In this document: positions 1-15,000 of the stretch, in pieces
Layout of the letters: the number at the start of each line of letters is the position of its first letter
How positions within the stretch are numbered: position 1 is the first letter of the stretch
DNA from: Eledone cirrhosa
Lineage: Eukaryota
Assembly: GCA_964016885.1 (NCBI GenBank)
Contig: OZ024750.1
Location: 35,650,001-35,714,000 of the forward strand
Direction: 5' to 3'
DNA length: 64,000 nucleotides
Made by a program: the position numbers and the translations under genes
Notes under the pieces: model-generated
Told to the model about the DNA's origin: nothing
The model's database searches: none
Seen by the model: the letters and a program-made list of their open reading frames with translations, nothing else

Positions 1-3000
1 TTTGTGTAAACATGACATCAAATGTGTTGATAGCTGTATATATGAGAGATGTTTGTGTAAACATGACATCAAATGTGTTGATAGCTGTTTATATGAGAGA
101 TGTTTGTGTAAACATGACATCAAATGTGTTGATAGCTGTTTATATGAGAGATGTTTGTGTAAACATGACATCAAATGTGTTGATAGCTGTTTATATGAGA
201 GATGTTTGTGTAAACATGACATCAAATGTGTTGATAGCTGTTTATATGAGAGATGCATGTGTAAACATGACATCAAATGTATTGATAGCTGTTTATATGA
301 GAGATGTTTGTGTAAACATGACATCAAATGTGTTGATAGCTGTATATATGAGAGATGTTTGTGTAAACATGACATCAAATGTGTTGATAGCTGTTTATAT
401 GAGAGATGAATGTGTAAACATGACATCAAATGTGTTGATAGCTGTATATATGAGAGATGAATGTGTAAACATGACATCAAATGTGTTGATAGCTGTTTAT
501 ATGAGAGATGAATGTGTAAACATGACATCAAATGTGTTGATAGCTGTATATATGAGAGATGTTTGTGTAAACATGACATCAAATGTGTTGATAGCTGTAT
601 ATATGAGAGATGAACGTGTAAACATGACATGAAATGTGTTGATAGCTGTTTATATGAGACATGAATGTGTAAACATGACATGAAATGTGTTGATAGCTGT
701 TTATATAAGAGATGTTTGTGTAAACAAGACGTCAAAGGTATTGATAGCTGTTTATATGAGAGATGTTTGTGTAAACATGACATCAAATGTGTTGATAGCT
801 GTTTATATGAGAGATGAATGTGTAAACATGACATCAAATGTATTGATAGCTGTTTATATGAGAGATGTTTGTGTAAACATGACACAAAATATGTTGATAG
901 CTGTTTATATGAGAGGTGAACGTGTAAACATGACATCAAATGTGTTGATAGCTGTTTATATGAGAGATGAATTTGTAAACATGACATCAAATGTGTTGAT
1001 AGCTGTTTATATGAGAGATGAATGTGTAAACATGACATCAAATGTGTTGATAGCTGTTTATATGAGAGATGTTTGTGTAAACATGACATCAAATGTGTTG
1101 ATAACTGTTTATATGAGAGATGTTTGTGTAAACATGACATCAAATGTGTTGATAGCTGTTTATATGAGAGATGCATGTGTAAACATAACATCAAATGTAT
1201 TGATAGCTGTTTATATGAGAGATGTTTGTGTAAACATGACATCAAATATGTTGATAGCTGTATATATGAGAGATGTTTGTGTAAACATGACATTAAATGT
1301 GTTGATAGCTGTATATATGAGAGATGAATGTGTAAACATGACATCAAATGTGTTGATAGCTGTTTATATGAGAGATGAATGTGTAAACATGACATCAAAT
1401 GTGTTGATAGCTGTATATATGAGAGATGTTTGTGTAAACATGACATCAAATTTGTTGATAACTGTTTATATGAGAGATGTTTGTGTAAACATGACATCAA
1501 ATGTGTTGATAGCTGTTTATATGAGAGATGTTTGTGTAAACATGACATCAAATGTGTTGATAGCTGTTTATATGAGAGATGAATTTGTAAACATGACATC
1601 AAATGTGTTGATAGCTGTTTATATGAGAGATGAATGTGTAAACATGACATCAAATGTGTTGATAGCTGTTTATATGAGAGATGTTTGTGTAAACATGACA
1701 TCAAATGTGTTGATAACTGTTTATATGAGAGATGTTTGTGTAAACATGACATCAAATATGTTGATAGCTGTTTATATGAGAGATGAATTTGTAAACATGA
1801 CATCAAATGTGTTGATAGCTGTTTATATGAGAGATATTTGTGTAAACATGACATCAAATGTGTTGATAGCTGTTTATATGAGAGATGAATGTGTAAACAT
1901 GACATGAAATGTATTGATAGCTGTTTATATGAGAGATGTTTGTGTAAACGTGACATCAAATGTGTTGATAGCTGTTTATATGAGAGATGAATGTGTAAAC
2001 ATGACATCAAATGTGTTGATACCTGTATATATGAGAGATGAATGTGTAAACATGACATCAAATGTGTGGATAGCTGTTTATATGAGAGATGTTTGTGTAA
2101 ACATGACATCAAATGTGTTGATAGCTGTTTATATGAGAGATGTTTGTGTAAACATGACATGAAATGTGTTGATAGCTGTGTATATGAGAGATGTTTGTGT
2201 AAACATGACATCAAATATGTTGATAGCTGTGTATATGAGAGAGGTTTGTGTAAACATGACATCAAATGTGTTGATAGCTGTATATATGAGAGATGAACGT
2301 ATAAACATGACATGAAATGTGTTGATAGCTGTTTATATGAGACATGAATGTGTAAACATGACATGAAATGTGTTGATAGCTGTTTATATAAGAGATGTTT
2401 GTGTAAACAAGACGTCAAAGGTATTGATAGCTGTTTATATGAGAGATGTTTGTGTAAACATGACATCAAATGTGTTGATAGCTGTTTATATGAGAGATGA
2501 ATGTGTAAACATGACATCAAATGTATTGATAGCTGTTTATATGAGAGATGTTTGTGTAAACATGACACAAAATATGTTGATAGCTGTTTATATGAGAGGT
2601 GAACGTGTAAACATGACATCAAATGTGTTGATAGCTGTTTATATGAGAGATGAATTTGTAAACATGACATCAAATGTGTTGATAGCTGTTTATATGAGAG
2701 ATGAATGTGTAAACATGACATCAAATGTGTTGATAGCTGTTTATATGAGAGATGTTTGTGTAAACATGACATCAAATGTGTTGATAACTGTTTATATGAG
2801 AGATGTTTGTGTAAACATGACATTAAATGTGTTGATAGCTGTTTATATGAGAGATGAATTTGTAAACATGACATCAAATGTGTTGATAGCTGTTTATATG
2901 AGAGATATTTGTGTAAACATGACTTCAAATGTGTTGATAGCTGTTTATATGAGAGATGAATGTGTAAACATGACATCAAATGTATTGATAGCTGTTTATA

Positions 3001-6000
3001 TGAGAGATGTTTGTGTAAACGTGACATCAAATGTGTTGATAGCTGTTTATATGAGAGATGAATGTGTAAACATGACATCAAATGTGTTGATACCTGTATA
3101 TATGAGAGATGTTTGTGTAAACATGACATCAAATGTGTTGATAGCTGTATATATGAGAGATGTTTGTGTAAACATGACATCAAATGTGTTGATAGCTGTT
3201 TATATGAGAGATGTTTGTGTAAACATGACATCAAATGTGTTGATAGCTGTTTATATGAGAGATGTTTGTGTAAACATGACATCAAATGTGTTGATAGCTG
3301 TTTATATGAGAGATGCATGTGTAAACATGACATCAAATGTATTGATAGCTGTTTATATGAGAGATGTTTGTGTAAACATGACATCAAATGTGTTGATAGC
3401 TGTATATATGAGAGATGTTTGTGTAAACATGACATCAAATGTGTTGATAGCTGTTTATATGAGAGATGTTTGTGTAAACATGACATCAAATGTGTTGATA
3501 GCTGTATATATGAGAGATGAATGTGTAAACATGACATCAAATGTGTTGATAGCTGTTTATATGAGAGATGAATGTGTAAACATGACATCAAATGTGTTGA
3601 TAGCTGTATATATGAGAGATGTTTGTGTAAACATGACATCAAATGTGTTGATAGCTGTATATATGAGAGATGAACGTGTAAACATGACATGAAATGTGTT
3701 GATAGCTGTTTATATGAGACATGAATGTGTAAACATGACATGAAATGTGTTGATAGCTGTTTATATAAGAGATGTTTGTGTAAACAAGACGTCAAAGGTA
3801 TTGATAGCTGTTTATATGAGAGATGTTTGTGTAAACATGACATCAAATGTGTTGATAGCTGTTTATATGAGAGATGAATGTGTAAACATGACATCAAATG
3901 TATTGATAGCTGTTTATATGAGAGATGTTTGTGTAAACATGACACAAAATATGTTGATAGCTGTTTATATGAGAGGTGAACGTGTAAACATGACATCAAA
4001 TGTGTTGATAGCTGTTTATATGAGAGATGAATTTGTAAACATGACATCAAATGTGTTGATAGCTGTTTATATGAGAGATGAATGTGTAAACATGACATCA
4101 AATGTGTTGATAGCTGTTTATATGAGAGATGTTTGTGTAAACATGACATCAAATGTGTTGATAACTGTTTATATGAGAGATGTTTGTGTAAACATGACAT
4201 CAAATGTGTTGATAGCTGTTTATATGAGAGATGAATTTGTAAACATGACATCAAATGTGTTGATAGCTGTTTATATGAGAGATATTTGTGTAAACATGAC
4301 TTCAAATGTGTTGATAGCTGTTTATATGAGAGATGAATGTGTAAACATGACATCAAATGTATTGATAGCTGTTTATATGAGAGATGTTTGTGTAAACGTG
4401 ACATCAAATGTGTTGATAGCTGTTTATATGAGAGATGAATGTGTAAACATGACATCAAATGTGTTGATACCTGTATATATGAGAGATGTTTGTGTAAACA
4501 TGACATCAAATGTGTTGATAGCTGTATATATGAGAGATGTTTGTGTAAACATGACATCAAATGTGTTGATAGCTGTTTATATGAGAGATGTTTGTGTAAA
4601 CATGACATCAAATGTGTTGATAGCTGTTTATATGAGAGATGTTTGTGTAAACATGACATCAAATGTGTTGATAGCTGTTTATATGAGAGATGTTTGTGTA
4701 AACATGACATCAAATGTGTTGATAGCTGTTTATATGAGAGATGCATGTGTAAACATGACATCAAATGTATTGATAGCTGTTTATATGAGAGATGTTTGTG
4801 TAAACATGACATCAAATGTGTTGATAGCTGTATATATGAGAGATGTTTGTGTAAACATGACATCAAATGTGTTGATAGCTGTTTATATGAGAGATGAATG
4901 TGTAAACATGACATCAAATGTGTTGATAGCTGTATATATGAGAGATGAATGTGTAAACATGACATCAAATGTGTTGATAGCTGTTTATATGAGAGATGAA
5001 TGTGTAAACATGACATCAAATGTGTTGATAGCTGTATATATGAGAGATGTTTGTTTAAACATGACATCAAATGTGTTGATAACTGTTTATATGGGAGATG
5101 TTTGTGTAAACATGACATCAAATGTGTTGATAGCTGTTTATATGAGAGATGTTTGTGTAAACATGACAACAAATGTGTTGATAGCTGTTTATATGAGAGA
5201 TGAATGTGTAAACATGACATCAAATGTATTGATAGCTGTTTATATGAGAGATGTTTGTGTAAACATGACATCAAATGTGTTGATAGCTGTATATATGAGA
5301 GATGTTTGTGTAAACATGACATCAAATGTGTTGATAGCTGTTTATATGAGAGATGTATGTGTAAACATGACATCAAATGTGTTGATAGCTGTATATATGA
5401 GAGATGAATGTGTAAACATGACATCAAATGTGTTGATAGCTGTTTATATGAGAGATGAATGTGTAAACATGACATCAAATGTGTTGATAGCTGTATATAT
5501 GAGAGATGTTTGTGTAAACATGACATCAAATGTGTTGATAACTGTTTATATGAGAGATGTTTGTGTAAACATGACATCAAATGTGTTGATAGCTGTTTAT
5601 ATGAGAGATGTTAGTGTAAACATGACATCAAATGTGTTGATAGCTGTTTATATGAGAGATGAATTTGTAAACATGACATCAAATGTGTTGATAGCTGTTT
5701 ATATGAGAGATGAATGTGTAAAGATGACATCAAATGTGTTGATAGCTGTTTATATGAGAGATGTTTGTGTAAACATGACATCAAATGTGTTGATAACTGT
5801 TTATATGAGAGATGTTTGTGTAAATATGACATCAAATGTGTTGATAGCTGTTTATATGAGAGATGAATTTGTAAACATGACATCAAATGTGTTGATAGCT
5901 GTTTATATGAGAGATATTTGTGTAAACATGACATCAAATGTGTTGATAGCTGTTTATATGAGAGATATTTGTGTAAACATGACTTCAAATGTGTTGATAG

Positions 6001-9000
6001 CTGTTTATATGAGAGATGAATGTGTAAACATGACATCAAATGTATTGATAGCTGTTTATATGAGAGATGTTTGTGTAAACGTGACATCAAATGTGTTGAT
6101 AGCTGTTTATATGAGAGATGAATGTGTAAACATGACATCAAATGTGTTGATACCTGTATATATGAGAGATGTTTGTGTAAACATGACATCAAATGTGTTG
6201 ATAGCTGTATATATGAGAGATGTTTGTGTAAACATGACATCAAATGTGTTGATAGCTGTTTATATGAGAGATGTTTGTGTAAACATGACATCAAATGTGT
6301 TGATAGCTGTTTATATGAGAGATGTTTGTGTAAACATGACATCAAATGTGTTGATAGCTGTTTATATGAGAGATGTTTGTGTAAACATGACATCAAATGT
6401 GTTGATAGCTGTTTATATGAGAGATGCATGTGTAAACATAACATCAAATGTATTGATAGCTGTTTATATGAGAGATGTTTGTGTAAACATGACATCAAAT
6501 GTGTTGATAGCTGTATATATGAGAGATGTTTGTGTAAACATGACATCAAATGTGTTGATAGCTGTTTATATGAGAGATGAATGTGTAAACATGACATCAA
6601 ATGTGTTGATAGCTGTATATATGAGAGATGAATGTGTAAACATGACATCAAATGTGTTGATAGCTGTTTATATGAGAGATGAATGTGTAAACATGACATC
6701 AAATGTGTTGATAGCTGTATATATGAGAGATGTTTGTGTAAACATGACATCAAATGTGTTGATAACTGTTTATATGAGAGATGTTTGTGTAAACATGACA
6801 TCAAATGTGTTGATAGCTGTTTATATGAGAGATGTTTGTGTAAACATGACATCAAATGTGTTGATAGCTGTTTATATGAGAGATGAATTTGTAAACATGA
6901 CATCAAATGTGTTGATAGCTGTTTATATGAGAGATGAATGTGTAAACATGACATCAAATGTGTTGATAGCTGTATATATGAGAGATGTTTGTGTAAACAT
7001 GACATCAAATGTGTTGATAACTGTTTATATGAGAGATGTTTGTGTAAACATGACATCAAATGTGTTGATAGCTGTTTATATGAGAGATGAATGTGTAAAC
7101 ATGACATCAAATGTGTTGATAGCTGTATATATGAGAGATGAATGTGTAAACATGACATCAAATGTGTTGATAGCTGTTTATATGAGAGATGTTTGTGTAA
7201 ACATGACATCAAATGTGTTGATAGCTGTTTATATGAGAGATGTTTGTGTAAACATGACATCAAATGTGTTGATAGCTGTTTATATGAGAGATGTTTGTGT
7301 AAACATGACATCAAATGTGTTGATAGCTGTTTATATGAGAGATGAATGTGTAAACATGACATCAAATGTATTGATAGCTGTTTATATGAGAGATGTTTGT
7401 GTAAACATGACATCAAATGTGTTGATAGCTGTATATATGAGAGATGTTTGTGTAAACATGACATCAAATGTGTTGATAGATGTTTATATGAGAGATGTAC
7501 GTGTAAACATGACATCAAATGTGTTGATAGCTGTATATATGAGAGATGAATGTGTAAACATGACATCAAATGTGTTGATAGCTGTTTATATGAGAGATGA
7601 ATGTGTAAACATGACATCAAGTGTGTTGATAGCTGTATATATGAGAGATGTTTGTGTAAACATGACATCAAATGTGTTGATAACTGTTTATATGAGAGAT
7701 GTTTGTGTAAACATGACATCAAATGTGTTGATAGCTGTTTATATGAGAGATGTTTGTGTAAACATGACATCAAATGTGTTGATAGCTGTTTATATGAGAG
7801 ATGCATGTGTAAACATGACATCAAATGTATTGATAGCTGTTTATATGAGAGATGTTTGTGTAAACATGACATCAAATGTGTTGATAGCTGTATATATGAG
7901 AGATGTTTGTGTAAACATGACATCAAATGTGTTGATAGCTGTTTATATGAGAGATGTTTGTGTAAACATGACATCAAATGTGTTGATAGCTGTATATATG
8001 AGAGATGAATGTGTAAACATGACATCAAATGTGTTGATAGCTGTTTATATGAGAGATGAATGTGTAAACATGACATCAAATGTGTTGATAGCTGTATATA
8101 TGAGAGATGTTTGTGTAAACATGACATCAAATGTGTTGATAGCTGTATATATGAGAGATGAACGTGTAAACATGACATGAAATGTGTTGATAGCTGTTTA
8201 TATGAGACATGAATGTGTAAACATGACATGAAATGTGTTGATAGCTGTTTATATAAGAGATGTTTGTGTAAACAAGACGTCAAAGGTATTGATAGCTGTT
8301 TATATGAGAGATGTTTGTGTAAACATGACATCAAATGTGTTGATAGCTGTTTATATGAGAGATGAATGTGTAAACATGACATCAAATGTATTGATAGCTG
8401 TTTATATGAGAGATGTTTGTGTAAACATGACACAAAATATGTTGATAGCTGTTTATATGAGAGGTGAACGTGTAAACATGACATCAAATGTGTTGATAGC
8501 TGTTTATATGAGAGATGAATTTGTAAACATGACATCAAATGTGTTGATAGCTGTTTATATGAGAGATGAATGTGTAAACATGACATCAAATGTGTTGATA
8601 GCTGTTTATATGAGAGATGTTTGTGTAAACATGACATCAAATGTGTTGATAACTGTTTATATGAGAGATGTTTGTGTAAACATGACATCAAATGTGTTGA
8701 TAGCTGTTTATATGAGAGATGAATTTGTAAACATGACATCAAATGTGTTGATAGCTGTTTATATGAGAGATATTTGTGTAAACATGACTTCAAATGTGTT
8801 GATAGCTGTTTATATGAGAGATGAATGTGTAAACATGACATCAAATGTATTGATAGCTGTTTATATGAGAGATGTTTGTGTAAACGTGACATCAAATGTG
8901 TTGATAGCTGTTTATATGAGAGATGAATGTGTAAACATGACATCAAATGTGTTGATACCTGTATATATGAGAGATGTTTGTGTAAACATGACATCAAATG

Positions 9001-12000
9001 TGTTGATAGCTGTATATATGAGAGATGTTTGTGTAAACATGACATCAAATGTGTTGATAGCTGTTTATATGAGAGATGTTTGTGTAAACATGACATCAAA
9101 TGTGTTGATAGCTGTTTATATGAGAGATGTTTGTGTAAACATGACATCAAATGTGTTGATAGCTGTTTATATGAGAGATGTTTGTGTAAACATGACATCA
9201 AATGTGTTGATAGCTGTTTATATGAGAGATGCATGTGTAAACATGACATCAAATGTATTGATAGCTGTTTATATGAGAGATGTTTGTGTAAACATGACAT
9301 CAAATGTGTTGATAGCTGTATATATGAGAGATGTTTGTGTAAACATGACATCAAATGTGTTGATAGCTGTTTATATGAGAGATGAATGTGTAAACATGAC
9401 ATCAAATGTGTTGATAGCTGTATATATGAGAGATGAATGTGTAAACATGACATCAAATGTGTTGATAGCTGTTTATATGAGAGATGAATGTGTAAACATG
9501 ACATCAAATGTGTTGATAGCTGTATATATGAGAGATGTTTGTTTAAACATGACATCAAATGTGTTGATAACTGTTTATATGGGAGATGTTTGTGTAAACA
9601 TGACATCAAATGTGTTGATAGCTGTTTATATGAGAGATGTTTGTGTAAACATGACAACAAATGTGTTGATAGCTGTTTATATGAGAGATGAATGTGTAAA
9701 CATGACATCAAATGTATTGATAGCTGTTTATATGAGAGATGTTTGTGTAAACATGACATCAAATGTGTTGATAGCTGTATATATGAGAGATGTTTGTGTA
9801 AACATGACATCAAATGTGTTGATAGCTGTTTATATGAGAGATGTATGTGTAAACATGACATCAAATGTGTTGATAGCTGTATATATGAGAGATGAATGTG
9901 TAAACATGACATCAAATGTGTTGATAGCTGTTTATATGAGAGATGAATGTGTAAACATGACATCAAATGTGTTGATAGCTGTATATATGAGAGATGTTTG
10001 TGTAAACATGACATCAAATGTGTTGATAACTGTTTATATGAGAGATGTTTGTGTAAACATGACATCAAATGTGTTGATAGCTGTTTATATGAGAGATGTT
10101 AGTGTAAACATGACATCAAATGTGTTGATAGCTGTTTATATGAGAGATGAATTTGTAAACATGACATCAAATGTGTTGATAGCTGTTTATATGAGAGATG
10201 AATGTGTAAAGATGACATCAAATGTGTTGATAGCTGTTTATATGAGAGATGTTTGTGTAAACATGACATCAAATGTGTTGATAACTGTTTATATGAGAGA
10301 TGTTTGTGTAAATATGACATCAAATGTGTTGATAGCTGTTTATATGAGAGATGAATTTGTAAACATGACATCAAATGTGTTGATAGCTGTTTATATGAGA
10401 GATATTTGTGTAAACATGACATCAAATGTGTTGATAGCTGTTTATATGAGAGATATTTGTGTAAACATGACTTCAAATGTGTTGATAGCTGTTTATATGA
10501 GAGATGAATGTGTAAACATGACATCAAATGTATTGATAGCTGTTTATATGAGAGATGTTTGTGTAAACGTGACATCAAATGTGTTGATAGCTGTTTATAT
10601 GAGAGATGAATGTGTAAACATGACATCAAATGTGTTGATACCTGTATATATGAGAGATGTTTGTGTAAACATGACATCAAATGTGTTGATAGCTGTATAT
10701 ATGAGAGATGTTTGTGTAAACATGACATCAAATGTGTTGATAGCTGTTTATATGAGAGATGTTTGTGTAAACATGACATCAAATGTGTTGATAGCTGTTT
10801 ATATGAGAGATGTTTGTGTAAACATGACATCAAATGTGTTGATAGCTGTTTATATGAGAGATGTTTGTGTAAACATGACATCAAATGTGTTGATAGCTGT
10901 TTATATGAGAGATGCATGTGTAAACATAACATCAAATGTATTGATAGCTGTTTATATGAGAGATGTTTGTGTAAACATGACATCAAATGTGTTGATAGCT
11001 GTATATATGAGAGATGTTTGTGTAAACATGACATCAAATGTGTTGATAGCTGTTTATATGAGAGATGAATGTGTAAACATGACATCAAATGTGTTGATAG
11101 CTGTATATATGAGAGATGAATGTGTAAACATGACATCAAATGTGTTGATAGCTGTTTATATGAGAGATGAATGTGTAAACATGACATCAAATGTGTTGAT
11201 AGCTGTATATATGAGAGATGTTTGTGTAAACATGACATCAAATGTGTTGATAACTGTTTATATGAGAGATGTTTGTGTAAACATGACATCAAATGTGTTG
11301 ATAGCTGTTTATATGAGAGATGTTTGTGTAAACATGACATCAAATGTGTTGATAGCTGTTTATATGAGAGATGAATTTGTAAACATGACATCAAATGTGT
11401 TGATAGCTGTTTATATGAGAGATGAATGTGTAAACATGACATCAAATGTGTTGATAGCTGTATATATGAGAGATGTTTGTGTAAACATGACATCAAATGT
11501 GTTGATAACTGTTTATATGAGAGATGTTTGTGTAAACATGACATCAAATGTGTTGATAGCTGTTTATATGAGAGATGAATGTGTAAACATGACATCAAAT
11601 GTGTTGATAGCTGTATATATGAGAGATGAATGTGTAAACATGACATCAAATGTGTTGATAGCTGTTTATATGAGAGATGTTTGTGTAAACATGACATCAA
11701 ATGTGTTGATAGCTGTTTATATGAGAGATGTTTGTGTAAACATGACATCAAATGTGTTGATAGCTGTTTATATGAGAGATGTTTGTGTAAACATGACATC
11801 AAATGTGTTGATAGCTGTTTATATGAGAGATGAATGTGTAAACATGACATCAAATGTATTGATAGCTGTTTATATGAGAGATGTTTGTGTAAACATGACA
11901 TCAAATGTGTTGATAGCTGTATATATGAGAGATGTTTGTGTAAACATGACATCAAATGTGTTGATAGATGTTTATATGAGAGATGTACGTGTAAACATGA

Positions 12001-15000
12001 CATCAAATGTGTTGATAGCTGTATATATGAGAGATGAATGTGTAAACATGACATCAAATGTGTTGATAGCTGTTTATATGAGAGATGAATGTGTAAACAT
12101 GACATCAAGTGTGTTGATAGCTGTATATATGAGAGATGTTTGTGTAAACATGACATCAAATGTGTTGATAACTGTTTATATGAGAGATGTTTGTGTAAAC
12201 ATGACATCAAATGTGTTGATAGCTGTTTATATGAGAGATGTTTGTGTAAACATGACATCAAATGTGTTGATAGCTGTTTATATGAGAGATGAATTTGTAA
12301 ACATGACATCAAATGTGTTGATAGCTGTTTATATGAGAGATGAATGTGTAAACATGACATCAAATGTGTTGATAGCTGTTTATATGAGAGATGTTTGTGT
12401 AAACATGACATCAAATGTGTTGATAACTGTTTATATGAGAGATGTTTGTGTAAATATGACATCAAATGTGTTGATAGCTGTTTATATGAGAGATGAATTT
12501 GTAAACATGACATCAAATGTGTTGATAGCTGTTTATATGAGAGATATTTGTGTAAACATGACATCAAATGTGTTGATAGCTGTTTATATGAGAGATATTT
12601 GTGTAAACATGACTTCAAATGTGTTGATAGCTGTTTATATGAGAGATGAATGTGTAAACATGACATCAAATGCATTGATAGCTGTTTATATGAGAGATGT
12701 TTGTGTAAACGTGACATCAAATGTGTTGATAGCTGTTTATATGAGAGATGAATGTGTAAACATGACATCAAATGTGTTGATACCTGTATATATGAGAGAT
12801 GTTTGTGTAAACATGACATCAAATGTGTTGATAGCTGTATATATGAGAGATGTTTGTGTAAACATGACATCAAATGTGTTGATAGCTGTTTATATGAGAG
12901 ATGTTTGTGTAAACATGACATCAAATGTGTTGATAGCTGTTTATATGAGAGATGTTTGTGTAAACATGACATCAAATGTGTTGATAGCTGTTTATATGAG
13001 AGATGTTTGTGTAAACATGACATCAAATGTGTTGATAGCTGTTTATATGAGAGATGCATGTGTAAACATAACATCAAATGTATTGATAGCTGTTTATATG
13101 AGAGATGTTTGTGTAAACATGACATCAAATGTGTTGATAGCTGTATATATGAGAGATGTTTGTGTAAACATGACATCAAATGTGTTGATAGCTGTTTATA
13201 TGAGAGATGAATGTGTAAACATGACATCAAATGTGTTGATAGCTGTTTATATGAGAGATGAATGTGTAAACATGACATCAAATGTGTTGATAGCTGTTTA
13301 TATGAGAGATATTTGTGTAAACATGACTTCAAATGTGTTGATAGCTGTTTATATGAGAGATGAATGTGTAAACATGACATCAAATGTATTGATAGCTGTT
13401 TATATGAGAGATGTTTGTGTAAACGTGACATCAAATGTGTTGATAGCTGTTTATATGAGAGATGAATGTGTAAACATGACATCAAATGTGTTGATACCTG
13501 TATATATGAGAGATGTTTGTGTAAACATGACATCAAATGTGTTGATAGCTGTATATATGAGAGATGTTTGTGTAAACATGACATCAAATGTGTTGATAGC
13601 TGTTTATATGAGAGATGTTTGTGTAAACATGACATCAAATGTGTTGATAGCTGTTTATATGAGAGATGTTTGTGTAAACATGACATCAAATGTGTTGATA
13701 GCTGTTTATATGAGAGATGTTTGTGTAAACATGACATCAAATGTGTTGATAGCTGTTTATATGAGAGATGCATGTGTAAACATAACATCAAATGTATTGA
13801 TAGCTGTTTATATGAGAGATGTTTGTGTAAACATGACATCAAATGTGTTGATAGCTGTATATATGAGAGATGTTTGTGTAAACATGACATCAAATGTGTT
13901 GATAGCTGTTTATATGAGAGATGAATGTGTAAACATGACATCAAATGTGTTGATAGCTGTATATATGAGAGATGAATGTGTAAACATGACATCAAATGTG
14001 TTGATAGCTGTTTATATGAGAGATGAATGTGTAAACATGACATCAAATGTGTTGATAGCTGTATATATGAGAGATGTTTGTGTAAACATGACATCAAATG
14101 TGTTGATAACTGTTTATATGAGAGATGTTTGTGTAAACATGACATCAAATGTGTTGATAGCTGTTTATATGAGAGATGTTTGTGTAAACATGACATCAAA
14201 TGTGTTGATAGCTGTTTATATGAGAGATGAATTTGTAAACATGACATCAAATGTGTTGATAGCTGTTTATATGAGAGATGAATGTGTAAACATGACATCA
14301 AATGTGTTGATAGCTGTATATATGAGAGATGTTTGTGTAAACATGACATCAAATGTGTTGATAACTGTTTATATGAGAGATGTTTGTGTAAACATGACAT
14401 CAAATGTGTTGATAGCTGTTTATATGAGAGATGAATGTGTAAACATGACATCAAATGTGTTGATAGCTGTATATATGAGAGATGAATGTGTAAACATGAC
14501 ATCAAATGTGTTGATAGCTGTTTATATGAGAGATGTTTGTGTAAACATGACATCAAATGTGTTGATAGCTGTTTATATGAGAGATGTTTGTGTAAACATG
14601 ACATCAAATGTGTTGATAGCTGTTTATATGAGAGATGTTTGTGTAAACATGACATCAAATGTGTTGATAGCTGTTTATATGAGAGATGAATGTGTAAACA
14701 TGACATCAAATGTATTGATAGCTGTTTATATGAGAGATGTTTGTGTAAACATGACATCAAATGTGTTGATAGCTGTATATATGAGAGATGTTTGTGTAAA
14801 CATGACATCAAATGTGTTGATAGCTGTTTATATGAGAGATGTACGTGTAAACATGATATCAAATGTGTTGATAGCTGTATATATGAGAGATGAATGTGTA
14901 AACATGACATCAAATGTGTTGATAGCTGTTTATATGAGAGATGAATGTGTAAACATGACATCAAGTGTGTTGATAGCTGTATATATGAGAGATGTTTGTG

